Shown here: positions 18,024-25,657 of the stretch, piece after piece
How the letters are laid out: each line of letters opens with the position of its first letter
Position numbering within the stretch: position 1 is the first letter of the stretch
Source of the DNA: Ignavibacteria bacterium
GTDB lineage: Bacteria > Bacteroidota > Ignavibacteria > Tepidaquicellales > OLB5
DNA length: 38,515 nucleotides
NCBI GenBank assembly: GCA_026417195.1
Contig: JAOADS010000003.1
Coordinates: forward strand, 1 to 38,515
Reading direction: 5' to 3'
Notes under the pieces: model-generated
What the model was told of the DNA's origin: nothing
The model's input: only the letters and a program-made list of their open reading frames with translations
Databases searched by the model: none
Program-made: the position numbers and the translations under genes

Positions 18024-19262
18024 TTAGTTTTTATAAATTACCTTTCCTTCTTTAATGACTTTATCAACTAAATTAACACCCAAATTATAAAAAATTTCAC
18101 GATAATCATCTGTATTAAAAATAACCATATCAGCTTTCTTACCTCTTTCAATACTTCCTGTTATATGGGAAATTCCAAGTGCTGCTGCTGCATTTATAGT
18201 TACTGAGTTAATTACTTCCTCTATTTTCATTTTAAGAAGATGAACGCCCATATTCATAACAAGCTGAAGATTCTGAGTCATTGAACTACCCGGATTAAAG
18301 TCTGTAGCAAGAGCAACAGGGATACTGTTCTCTATAAGTTTCCTCGCAGGTGCATACGGAATATCGAGAAAATATGAAACCGATGGCAGAAGAACTGCAA
18401 TTATACCTCTGTCTTTCAGGTGATTTATTTCCTTTTCAGAAATTACCTCAAGGTGATCAACAGATATGCAACGTGATTTAACTGCAGCCTGAATCCCTCC
18501 GTATGAATGAAACTGATTTGTATGAAGTTTCGGAATAAGCCCGAATTTCCTTCCTATCTCAAATATTCTTATACATTCTGACGGTGTGTAATATCCTTTC
18601 TCACAGAAAGCATCTATGAATACAGCAAGTCTTCTTGTGGCAACATGCTCAATCATCTTATTAATTATCTCATTTATATATTCTTCTTTCTTTTTGTCTC
18701 CGGGAAAGGCATGAGCACCTAAAAACGTAGGATATATATCAATTGAAGACTCTTTTTTAAGTTCATTTATGACTTCCAGCATCTTTAATTCATTTTCAGA
18801 ATCAAGTCCGTATCCTGATTTAATTTCAATTGAAGTAACTCCAAGGCTAATTGATTTCTTCAGTCTTTCAGAAGCAGTGTTTTTCAACTCCAGCCTCTTA
18901 GCCTTACGAACAGCCCTAACGGTGCTTGAAATACCTCCGCCAGCCTTTGCAATTTCCTCATAGGTTTTTCCATTTAGTCTCATTGAATATTCATTTACCC
19001 TGCTGCCGGCAAACAGAAGGTGTGTATGTGAATCTATGAGACCGGGCATAACAACCTTATTTCTTGCATCAAGCTTGTTTTTCACAATCTTTTTTATCTC
19101 AGTCGGGACTTTCTTCCCTAACCACCTGATTATGCCATTTTCAATATAAACTGAAACGTTCCGCATAAGACCTATCTGAGACTGAAATTTACCGGCTTTG
19201 AACAAATGTGCATTGGTATGACAGCTTATAAGCTGAGATATATTCTCAACAAGCAGACTCAT
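18024..19262 (-). CDS. hutI: Imidazolonepropionase
   Basis: 412 aa amidohydrolase with PGLIDSHTHL, KSGYGL, LATDFNPGSS and KKADMVIF, typical of HutI. Confidence 0.9.
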   Translation of the reverse strand: MSLLVENISQLISCHTNAHLFKAGKFQSQIGLMRNVSVYIENGIIRWLGKKVPTEIKKIVKNKLDARNKVVMPGLIDSHTHLLFAGSRVNEYSMRLNGKTYEEIAKAGGGISSTVRAVRKAKRLELKNTASERLKKSISLGVTSIEIKSGYGLDSENELKMLEVINELKKESSIDIYPTFLGAHAFPGDKKKEEYINEIINKMIEHVATRRLAVFIDAFCEKGYYTPSECIRIFEIGRKFGLIPKLHTNQFHSYGGIQAAVKSRCISVDHLEVISEKEINHLKDRGIIAVLLPSVSYFLDIPYAPARKLIENSIPVALATDFNPGSSMTQNLQLVMNMGVHLLKMKIEEVINSVTINAAAALGISHITGSIERGKKADMVIFNTDDYREIFYNLGVNLVDKVIKEGKVIYKN

Positions 19263-19267
19263 AAATG

Positions 19268-19275
19268 CAAATATA
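19268..19275 (-). promoter_or_regulatory. Candidate -7 promoter box (TATATTTG) abutting the hutI start
   Basis: The plus strand CAAATATA reads TATATTTG on the minus strand, with 5 nt between its G and the hutI ATG. A TTTG (19300-19303, minus) lies upstream. Confidence 0.25.
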
Positions 19276-19309
19276 TGTGTTTTTTTTCGTAAAATTAGCC
19301 AAAATCATA

Positions 19310-19340
19310 CTGATAAGGTTTCTGATAAGAATTATGATAG
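19310..19340 (+). repeat. Three phased direct repeats (CTGATAAG, CTGATAAG, aTGATAG) with 12-bp period
   Basis: CTGATAAG at 19310-19317 and 19322-19329, and TGATAG at 19335-19340, in the hutI / lipoprotein divergent intergenic region. Confidence 0.4.
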
Positions 19341-19357
19341 CTTTGAAATTATGTTTG
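19338..19357 (+). promoter_or_regulatory. Two candidate -7 boxes (TAGCTTTG, TATGTTTG) for the 170-aa lipoprotein gene
   Basis: TAnnTTTG matches at 19338-19345 and 19350-19357, which are 52 and 40 nt upstream of the ATG at 19398. Confidence 0.25.
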
Positions 19358-19397
19358 TATCGTAATTAATAACTTAACAAAGAAAGGAATAAAAAAA

Positions 19398-19910
19398 ATG
19401 AAAACTCAAAAAAGCAATCTCAAAAAAACATTATCCTATGTTTTCTTAGTCCTCTCAGTTATCATATCCTCATGCAGTGATAACAGTATTACAGGTCCCG
19501 GAAATGAAATGCAGCCTTCGCTGAGCAGTAACGGAAACGGTATCACAATTGAGCCTTACTGGCATAATAGCTTTCTGATATTCAGATTGAGAAATAACAC
19601 ACGTGATACAATCGTGAATGACTTTCACGTTCAGTTTGACTCAACTGTAAGAATCACAGGCTACTCGATAATGCAGGGATGGCAAATAGACCCGCAGACC
19701 ACAGATATGAATAAGGGAAAATTTGGTGTTAAGTCACCAAACGGACATAACATACCCCCTAACGGAGGAGTTGGAGAGCCATTTGGAGTCCAATTAATGT
19801 TCACAGGTGTTACAAAGAAAAATCCAAGACAGTGGTGGGATTTCAATTGGCAGGCAACAAGAGACGGTATAGTTGTAAAATCAGATAAAGGTGCATTTCC
19901 TCCAAGATAA
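19398..19910 (+). CDS. Hypothetical small lipoprotein
   Basis: 170 aa. Signal peptide with lipobox LVLSVIISSC|SDN. I recognise no motif in the mature part. It has its own promoter region and a terminator. Confidence 0.6.
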   Translation: MKTQKSNLKKTLSYVFLVLSVIISSCSDNSITGPGNEMQPSLSSNGNGITIEPYWHNSFLIFRLRNNTRDTIVNDFHVQFDSTVRITGYSIMQGWQIDPQTTDMNKGKFGVKSPNGHNIPPNGGVGEPFGVQLMFTGVTKKNPRQWWDFNWQATRDGIVVKSDKGAFPPR

Positions 19911-19925
19911 TATATAATTAATCCT

Positions 19926-19966
19926 AAAAATAAACCCCGTCGCTTACCGGCGGGGTTTTTAATTTT
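19926..19966. terminator. Bidirectional rho-independent terminator shared by convergent genes
   Basis: Stem-loop CCCCGTCG-CTTAC-CGGCGGGG (19935-19955, 8 bp including one G-U pair), flanked by AAAAATAAA on the left and TTTTTAATTTT on the right. It lies between stops at 19910 (+) and 19980 (-). Confidence 0.75.
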
Positions 19967-19979
19967 ATAGAAGAAGAAA

Positions 19980-22106
19980 TTACTTTAAGAGAATCATCTT
20001 TTTGGTATCTGAAAAATTATCAGCTTCAAGCCTGTAGAAATACACACCGGATGAAACTGAAGATCCATCAAATATAAACTCATATCTGCCGGCGTCAAGA
20101 TTCTTCTCTGTAATTTCAGCTATGAATCTTCCTCTCAAATCAAATATTTTTATTGACACATTCGTAAGCAGGGGCAGATCAAATTTTATCCGTGTAGCCG
20201 GATTAAAAGGATTGGGATAATTCGCATATAGTCTGTAAGCTACCGGAATTTCATCACTGCCTTTTACTATCCCTACTGTTCCTACTGTAAACTGGAATCT
20301 GTTTGAAGGGGGAACTGAACCCGGAGGATTAATTCCGCTTCCTCCTGAGGGAAGTGTTGACATCCTTGGTATCGGTAATGCAATATCCTGTGCTGCGAAG
20401 TAATACTGAACAGTAGTCCCGTTTGAACTTCCGGGAATTACAAATGAAAAAGTATCTCCGTTTACAGTAGAATAATTCACAGCCTGAAATGCACTCCAGC
20501 TTGAACCTCCGTCTGTGCTTTTTCTGAAATAGAGCAACGGAGCTTCATTAACCCAGTTCCTTATGATTCCGTTGTCATAGATTCTTGCCATCATGGTTAT
20601 GGGACCATTATTTGATGTATTTGTAAAAGGTTGCGTGTGCAATATTGTCGGAGGTATGTTATCAAGTTTTCTTGCTGAATCAACTGACAATGAAGCATCA
20701 ACTATACCCCAGCCCATCTGATTATTAGGTGAAGAGGAATTGCTGCCGAATTTTCTTAATATTCCTATTACTTGCATAGGTGTTAAACTCTTATTTGCTG
20801 AAAGCATCAATGCACAAACCCCTGATACCAGAGGACATGAGAAAGAAGTTCCGCTACCACTTGTGTAGTTATTTCCCGTTGTTGAAGCATAATAGTTACT
20901 ACTACCCATAGCCATAACGTCTGGTTTTATTCTTGGCGGAACATCCGTTGTCGGACCTACAGATGAAAAACTCGCTCTCACACCGGAAGTTGTAACAGCT
21001 CCAACTGTAAGTACACTGTCACCGTCAGCTGGTCCTATAAGAGTGTTTCGAGTGGTGTTTAAACCATTATTGCCAGCCGAATTGCTGACAATTATACCTT
21101 TATTAACTGCCAGATCAGCAGCTATGGTTATCGGCAAGGTGTTACCGTTCATATCCATCCACGTATAGCTCGTGTAGCCTGGATCAAATTCAAGGTAACC
21201 GAGGGAACTTGTAATAATATCCGCTCCAAGTGAATCTGCCCATTGTGCAGCTGCGATCCAGTAATCCATTTCAATCGGACGCTCAAAGGTTGCAACTTCA
21301 GTTCTAGCAAGAATGAAACTTGAAGCAAATGCTGGTCCTATCATTTTAGTTGGTCTGTAACCACCTACAAGGGAAAGAGTAGCTGTTCCGTGAGAATGAC
21401 CGGTCAGATTCGGCGTGTTATTATGAAAGTCATATGTTCTGATAATCTTCATTGGATAAGTGGTAAAAACTTCATGTGTAAGGTTTGAAAAACCTGCATC
21501 AAAATTAGCTATAAGAATTCCCTGCCCCATTATACCCTGATTGTGGACAAGGTTAACCTTTATCTGTGTAATCTGAGTAACTGCATTTCCAGTACCGTAG
21601 TTAAAACTGTCTGGTAAAAAAGGATTATACGAATCCCTTATAAAAACATCTGGAACATCAGAGGCAGTTCGGGAATCAAAATCTTTTTTCAGTTTAAATT
21701 TCTCAACAAGTTCTATACCTTTTACAAATTTAAGCTGAGCTATTGAGTTCAGAAAGTGTCTGCTGACTTCAGCACTTACACAGTTAAGCCATTTTATTCT
21801 TGTTCTGACTTTTATAACTCTGTCTGCAATGTCATTGACATAGAGTTCATAAACAGGAACATCGGTATAGTCAACAAGCTTATTTGGTAACTTAACCTTA
21901 GATCTGCGGTCAAGTGATCTCTGTGTTACGAGACTGAGGGGATGATTCAACTTATCCGACGCTTCTGGGCCTTTATCAGTAAAATAAATCCATATCACGA
22001 AGTTTTCTTCCGAAGATGAGTTTAAAGCCTCACGGAGTTTATTCCCGAGTTTATCCTGAGAATAAAGGGAAACAATTCCAATTAGCAAAACAAGCAGGGT
22101 TTTCAT
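19980..22106 (-). CDS. S8-family (subtilisin-like) serine peptidase with T9SS type-A C-terminal sorting domain
   Basis: 708 aa with signal peptide MKTLLVLLIGIVSLYSQ. Catalytic triad contexts ANFDAGF (Asp), HGTATLS (His), GTSFSCPLVSG (Ser). C-terminus YPNPFNPATRIKFDLP...GVYFYRLEADNFSDTKKMILLK. Confidence 0.85.
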   Translation of the reverse strand: MKTLLVLLIGIVSLYSQDKLGNKLREALNSSSEENFVIWIYFTDKGPEASDKLNHPLSLVTQRSLDRRSKVKLPNKLVDYTDVPVYELYVNDIADRVIKVRTRIKWLNCVSAEVSRHFLNSIAQLKFVKGIELVEKFKLKKDFDSRTASDVPDVFIRDSYNPFLPDSFNYGTGNAVTQITQIKVNLVHNQGIMGQGILIANFDAGFSNLTHEVFTTYPMKIIRTYDFHNNTPNLTGHSHGTATLSLVGGYRPTKMIGPAFASSFILARTEVATFERPIEMDYWIAAAQWADSLGADIITSSLGYLEFDPGYTSYTWMDMNGNTLPITIAADLAVNKGIIVSNSAGNNGLNTTRNTLIGPADGDSVLTVGAVTTSGVRASFSSVGPTTDVPPRIKPDVMAMGSSNYYASTTGNNYTSGSGTSFSCPLVSGVCALMLSANKSLTPMQVIGILRKFGSNSSSPNNQMGWGIVDASLSVDSARKLDNIPPTILHTQPFTNTSNNGPITMMARIYDNGIIRNWVNEAPLLYFRKSTDGGSSWSAFQAVNYSTVNGDTFSFVIPGSSNGTTVQYYFAAQDIALPIPRMSTLPSGGSGINPPGSVPPSNRFQFTVGTVGIVKGSDEIPVAYRLYANYPNPFNPATRIKFDLPLLTNVSIKIFDLRGRFIAEITEKNLDAGRYEFIFDGSSVSSGVYFYRLEADNFSDTKKMILLK

Positions 22107-22135
22107 AATAAATCTACTTTATTGGTTTAATAGTT

Positions 22136-22143
22136 CAAAGTTA
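22136..22143 (-). promoter_or_regulatory. Candidate -7 promoter box (TAACTTTG) for the S8 peptidase gene
   Basis: The plus strand CAAAGTTA reads TAACTTTG on the minus strand, 29 nt upstream of the ATG at 22106. A TTG (22164-22166, minus) lies 20 nt further upstream. Confidence 0.3.
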
Positions 22144-22184
22144 TTTTTAAATAAAACATTTTTCAATATACATATAATCATTTA

Positions 22185-22221
22185 CAGTAATGATAACAAT
22201 TAATTACAATCAGTTATACCT
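22185..22221 (+). repeat. Copy 1 of an imperfect ~35-bp direct repeat in the S8 / glgA divergent region
   Basis: CAGTAATgataacaattAATTACAATCAgTTAtACCT. It shares the CAGTAAT, AATTACAATCA and TACCT blocks with copy 2. Confidence 0.5.
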
Positions 22222-22285
22222 AAAGTTTCATTTAGTTCAGGAATCATAAGAACTATATAACTTCATTGATAGTAAAAGCCATTTT

Positions 22286-22319
22286 CAGTAATTTTGTAAA
22301 TTACAATCAATTAATACCT
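22286..22319 (+). repeat. Copy 2 of the direct repeat; overlaps the candidate glgA -7 box
   Basis: CAGTAATtttgtaAATTACAATCAaTTAaTACCT, starting 101 nt downstream of the start of copy 1. Confidence 0.5.
22289..22296 (+). promoter_or_regulatory. Candidate -7 promoter box (TAATTTTG) for glgA
   Basis: Matches TAnnTTTG, 31 nt upstream of the ATG at 22328. A TTG at 22266-22268 lies 20 nt upstream. Confidence 0.35.
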
Positions 22320-22327
22320 CATAATTA

Positions 22328-23809
22328 ATGTCTAAAGGATTAAACATACTTTTCTGCACCAGTGAAGTCACCCCTTACAGTAAAACAGGAGGGCTAGCCG
22401 ATGTTTCCAATTCACTGCCTCAGGAATTAGCTGCTGCAGGACATGCAGTAAGAATTATAACACCGAAATACGGTCCTATGGATGAGAGAAGATTAAGGGT
22501 TTATGAAATAAAACGTCTTGTAAATATAGAGGTGCCCGTTGCTGACAGAATAACCACTTGCAACATAAAGTCTTCATTCATCGTTTCTCCTAAGGGTAAG
22601 GTTCAGGTTTTTCTTATAGAAAATAATGAATATTTCAGGGAAAATAGTCCTTACGTTGATGAAAAGACTGGTAAAGATTACGAAAATAACGATGAACGCT
22701 TTATATTTTTCAACCGTGCAATAGTTCAGGTCTTAGGTCTTTTAGGATGGAAACCGGATATAATACATTGCAATGACTGGCAGACCGGGCTGATCCCGGC
22801 TTACATAAAGACAATTTATGCTAAAGACCCTCTGCTTCAGAACGTTAAGAGTGTTTTCACGATTCACAACATTGCTTTTCAGGGGCTTTTCCCTTATGAA
22901 TCATTTCTTAAAAGCGGTCTTCCTCATAACATTTGGAATGAAGAAGGTGTAGAATATTACAATCAGTTTTCGTTTCTGAAGACAGCTATTGTATATTCCG
23001 ATGCGATTACTACTGTAAGTGAAAACTATGCCAGGGAAATAGCAACTACCCATGAATATGGGATGGGTTTTGAAGGATTGCTTAAAACCAGAAAAAAAGA
23101 TTTATTTGGAATCTTAAATGGAGTAGATTACAGCGTTTGGAATCCAGAAAAGGATAATCTTATACCGTTCAGATACAACGCTATGGAGCTTCCGCTTAAA
23201 AGGGAAAACAAAAAAGTCCTTTGCAAGAAGTTTGGAATAGAATATAATTCAGAAACACCACTGATCGGAATTATTTCAAGGCTTACAGATCAGAAAGGTT
23301 TTGACCTCATAAAGAAGATTATGCCTGATCTTATGAAAGAAAATGTAAATTTCATACTTCTTGGCACAGGTGATAAAAACTATCAGAAATTCTTTGAAGG
23401 AATTAAGAAGAAATTCCCTAAAAAAGTCGGGCTTCACTTTGGTTTTTCAGAAGAACTTGCTCATTTAATTGAAGCCGGTAGTGATATATTCCTTATGCCT
23501 TCCAAATATGAACCGTGCGGACTCAATCAGATGTATAGCCTTAAATACGGAACTATACCTGTAGTGAGAAAAACCGGAGGACTTGCAGATACAATAACTG
23601 AATATAAAAACGGAAAGGGAAACGGCTTCACATTTGATAAATACGATGCCAGCGAGCTTATGAAGGCAGTTAAGAAAGCTCTTAAGTTATATAAAAACCG
23701 TGAGGAATGGATAAAGCTGATAAGAAATGCAATGTCTTATGACTATTCATGGCAGGTATCAGCAAGAAAATACATAGATCTTTATAAAACGTTATTGAAA
23801 AAATCCTGA
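22328..23809 (+). CDS. glgA: Glycogen/starch synthase (GT5)
   Basis: 493 aa with N-terminal ILFCTSEVTPYSKTGGLADV (KTGGL motif) and C-terminal PSKYEPCGLNQMYSLKYGTIPVVRKTGGLADT. Confidence 0.9.
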   Translation: MSKGLNILFCTSEVTPYSKTGGLADVSNSLPQELAAAGHAVRIITPKYGPMDERRLRVYEIKRLVNIEVPVADRITTCNIKSSFIVSPKGKVQVFLIENNEYFRENSPYVDEKTGKDYENNDERFIFFNRAIVQVLGLLGWKPDIIHCNDWQTGLIPAYIKTIYAKDPLLQNVKSVFTIHNIAFQGLFPYESFLKSGLPHNIWNEEGVEYYNQFSFLKTAIVYSDAITTVSENYAREIATTHEYGMGFEGLLKTRKKDLFGILNGVDYSVWNPEKDNLIPFRYNAMELPLKRENKKVLCKKFGIEYNSETPLIGIISRLTDQKGFDLIKKIMPDLMKENVNFILLGTGDKNYQKFFEGIKKKFPKKVGLHFGFSEELAHLIEAGSDIFLMPSKYEPCGLNQMYSLKYGTIPVVRKTGGLADTITEYKNGKGNGFTFDKYDASELMKAVKKALKLYKNREEWIKLIRNAMSYDYSWQVSARKYIDLYKTLLKKS

Positions 23810-23837
23810 TTAAACGCGCCTCATCGCAATTGATTTT

Positions 23838-24440
23838 ATGAATAAAGCTATATTCCTTGACAGAGATGGTACAATCCTTGAAGAAATCCCCGGAAACTCT
23901 GAAACTTTCGGATACCTTACAAGCATTAATGATGTAAAGCTCATCAGGGGCTCGTCACATGCCATAGCAGAGGCAAGAAAACTTGGATATAAAATCATTA
24001 TAGTAACAAATCAATCAGCCATAGCCAGAGGACTAATAACAGAAAGCGAACTTACTGCCATAAATAACAGAATGTTTGAACTCCTCCTGAATGAAAATCC
24101 CGAAGCTCTTATTGATGACCTTTACTACTCACCTTACCATAAAGACGGAGTAATAGAGAAATACAAAACCGATCACCCTTCAAGGAAACCAGACATCGGG
24201 ATGCTGCTGGATGCACAAAAAAAATACAATATAGATTTCTCATCATCGTTTATGATTGGTGATGCATATAGTGATATTGTATGTGGAATTAATGCAGGCG
24301 TTAAAAATATACTTGTACTTACAGGCTACGGCAAAATGACACAAAGGAAATGTCTTGATGAAAAACTAAAAATTGACTTTATTGCAAACGATTTACAAGA
24401 TGCAGTAAAAATAATTAAGGAAAATTTTGTTGAAAAGTAA
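23838..24440 (+). CDS. HAD-IIIA family phosphatase (GmhB / histidinol-phosphatase-like)
   Basis: 200 aa with motif I AIFLDRDGTI, motif II IIVTNQS, RKP, and motif IV MIGDAYSDI. The Zn-loop cysteines of canonical GmhB (YYCPHHP...CDCRKP) are replaced here (YYSPYHK...HPSRKP), so the substrate is uncertain. Confidence 0.6.
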   Translation: MNKAIFLDRDGTILEEIPGNSETFGYLTSINDVKLIRGSSHAIAEARKLGYKIIIVTNQSAIARGLITESELTAINNRMFELLLNENPEALIDDLYYSPYHKDGVIEKYKTDHPSRKPDIGMLLDAQKKYNIDFSSSFMIGDAYSDIVCGINAGVKNILVLTGYGKMTQRKCLDEKLKIDFIANDLQDAVKIIKENFVEK

Positions 24441-25656
24441 GCTTAATTTCGTATTTCTGATACTTGCTTCCGCTTTAACACTAATTTCATTTTTAAATAC
24501 ATCAGGTTGTGCTGACGATCCTTCTTCGTTAGGTCTTGATTTCGTTTCTCCAAGTGAAACTACAGGGGTTAGGATATTTGATTCATACAGAGATACCATG
24601 CCTATTTCATCCAGAAACGTAAAAAAATATTTTAATACATCAAATTCGCCTAATCTTCTGGTAGGGAGAACAGGAAGTTATAATTCTAAATCTCTGATAC
24701 AGTTTTTAGGATTAAGCAGCGATTACGACAGTGCAGTTGTAAACAGTGCGGTTTTAAAACTTAAATACAGAAATTACTATTTCCCGACTTCCCCTTCTGA
24801 TTCACTTGGTCAGATTTCATTTGAAATATACAGAATTGAACAGAAAATTGATTTTGCAACTGTAACCCTTGATTCAATAAATCCTTCTTACTTCGGAAAC
24901 ATCTCTCAGGGAAGTTATACAGGCTCCCCTGCGACAGACAGTCAGGAAGTCAGTATACAGTTAAATACAGCACTTGTCAGAGATTGGTTTGAGTTTACAG
25001 CTGACAGTTCCTATCCTGTGAAGAATTACGGAATCGTACTTTCTCCGAATGCCTCATCCACTGTTATAAAGTCTTTTTATGCTTCTTCTACTTTTAACGG
25101 CTCTGAAGTAAGACCGGAATTATACGTCATAGTCACCAAAAACGGACGAACAGACACATTGTCTTACAGGAATTCCTCAACTGTTTCTCTCACTGATGCT
25201 TCTATTAATGCTCCGCCGGAAAGATTCTTCATTCAGGCTGGAATAAGCTACGTTCAGGTTATGAATTTTGACTTAAGCCGTTTCCCTTCCGATGCAACAA
25301 TAAACGATGTTCAGCTATTTCTCACTCTTGACTCTTCAAACTCAATATTTTCAAAAGAGACATCGTTCAACATTACTGCAAAATACATCTCCGATACAGC
25401 CGGGCTGGTAACTGATTTATATCCGTTCATAGGTTCGCCTCAGGGAGATTCAAAATATATGATCAGACTTGTTGCTTCCACACAGCCTTCGCCTTTTCAG
25501 AGATGGCTGCTCGGACAGAACAATTACGGTATAATGATACAGGCTGCAAATAATTTTATAAATCTGGATTTATTTTCCTTTTTTAATGAGACAGCATCAG
25601 ATCCGTTAAAAAGGCCAAGAGTTATAATCAAATATACTCCAAGAGTAAGACCTTGA
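24427..25656 (+). CDS. Hypothetical lipoprotein with two related modules (DNRLRE/DUF4270-like, tentative)
   Basis: 409 aa with TTG start and lipobox LISFLNTSGC|ADD. The two halves share motifs: SLIQFLGLSS..AVVNSAVLKL versus YVQVMNFDLS..ATINDVQLFL; NYGIVL versus NYGIMI; RPELYVIV versus RPRVIIKY. Confidence 0.6.
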   Translation: MLKSKLNFVFLILASALTLISFLNTSGCADDPSSLGLDFVSPSETTGVRIFDSYRDTMPISSRNVKKYFNTSNSPNLLVGRTGSYNSKSLIQFLGLSSDYDSAVVNSAVLKLKYRNYYFPTSPSDSLGQISFEIYRIEQKIDFATVTLDSINPSYFGNISQGSYTGSPATDSQEVSIQLNTALVRDWFEFTADSSYPVKNYGIVLSPNASSTVIKSFYASSTFNGSEVRPELYVIVTKNGRTDTLSYRNSSTVSLTDASINAPPERFFIQAGISYVQVMNFDLSRFPSDATINDVQLFLTLDSSNSIFSKETSFNITAKYISDTAGLVTDLYPFIGSPQGDSKYMIRLVASTQPSPFQRWLLGQNNYGIMIQAANNFINLDLFSFFNETASDPLKRPRVIIKYTPRVRP

Positions 25657-25657
25657 G

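Noticed and set aside
23810-23998. 62-aa minus-strand ORF between glgA and the HAD phosphatase.
   Set aside because: It is antisense to the N-terminus of the HAD-IIIA gene, which carries the DxDGT catalytic motif, so it is a shadow ORF.
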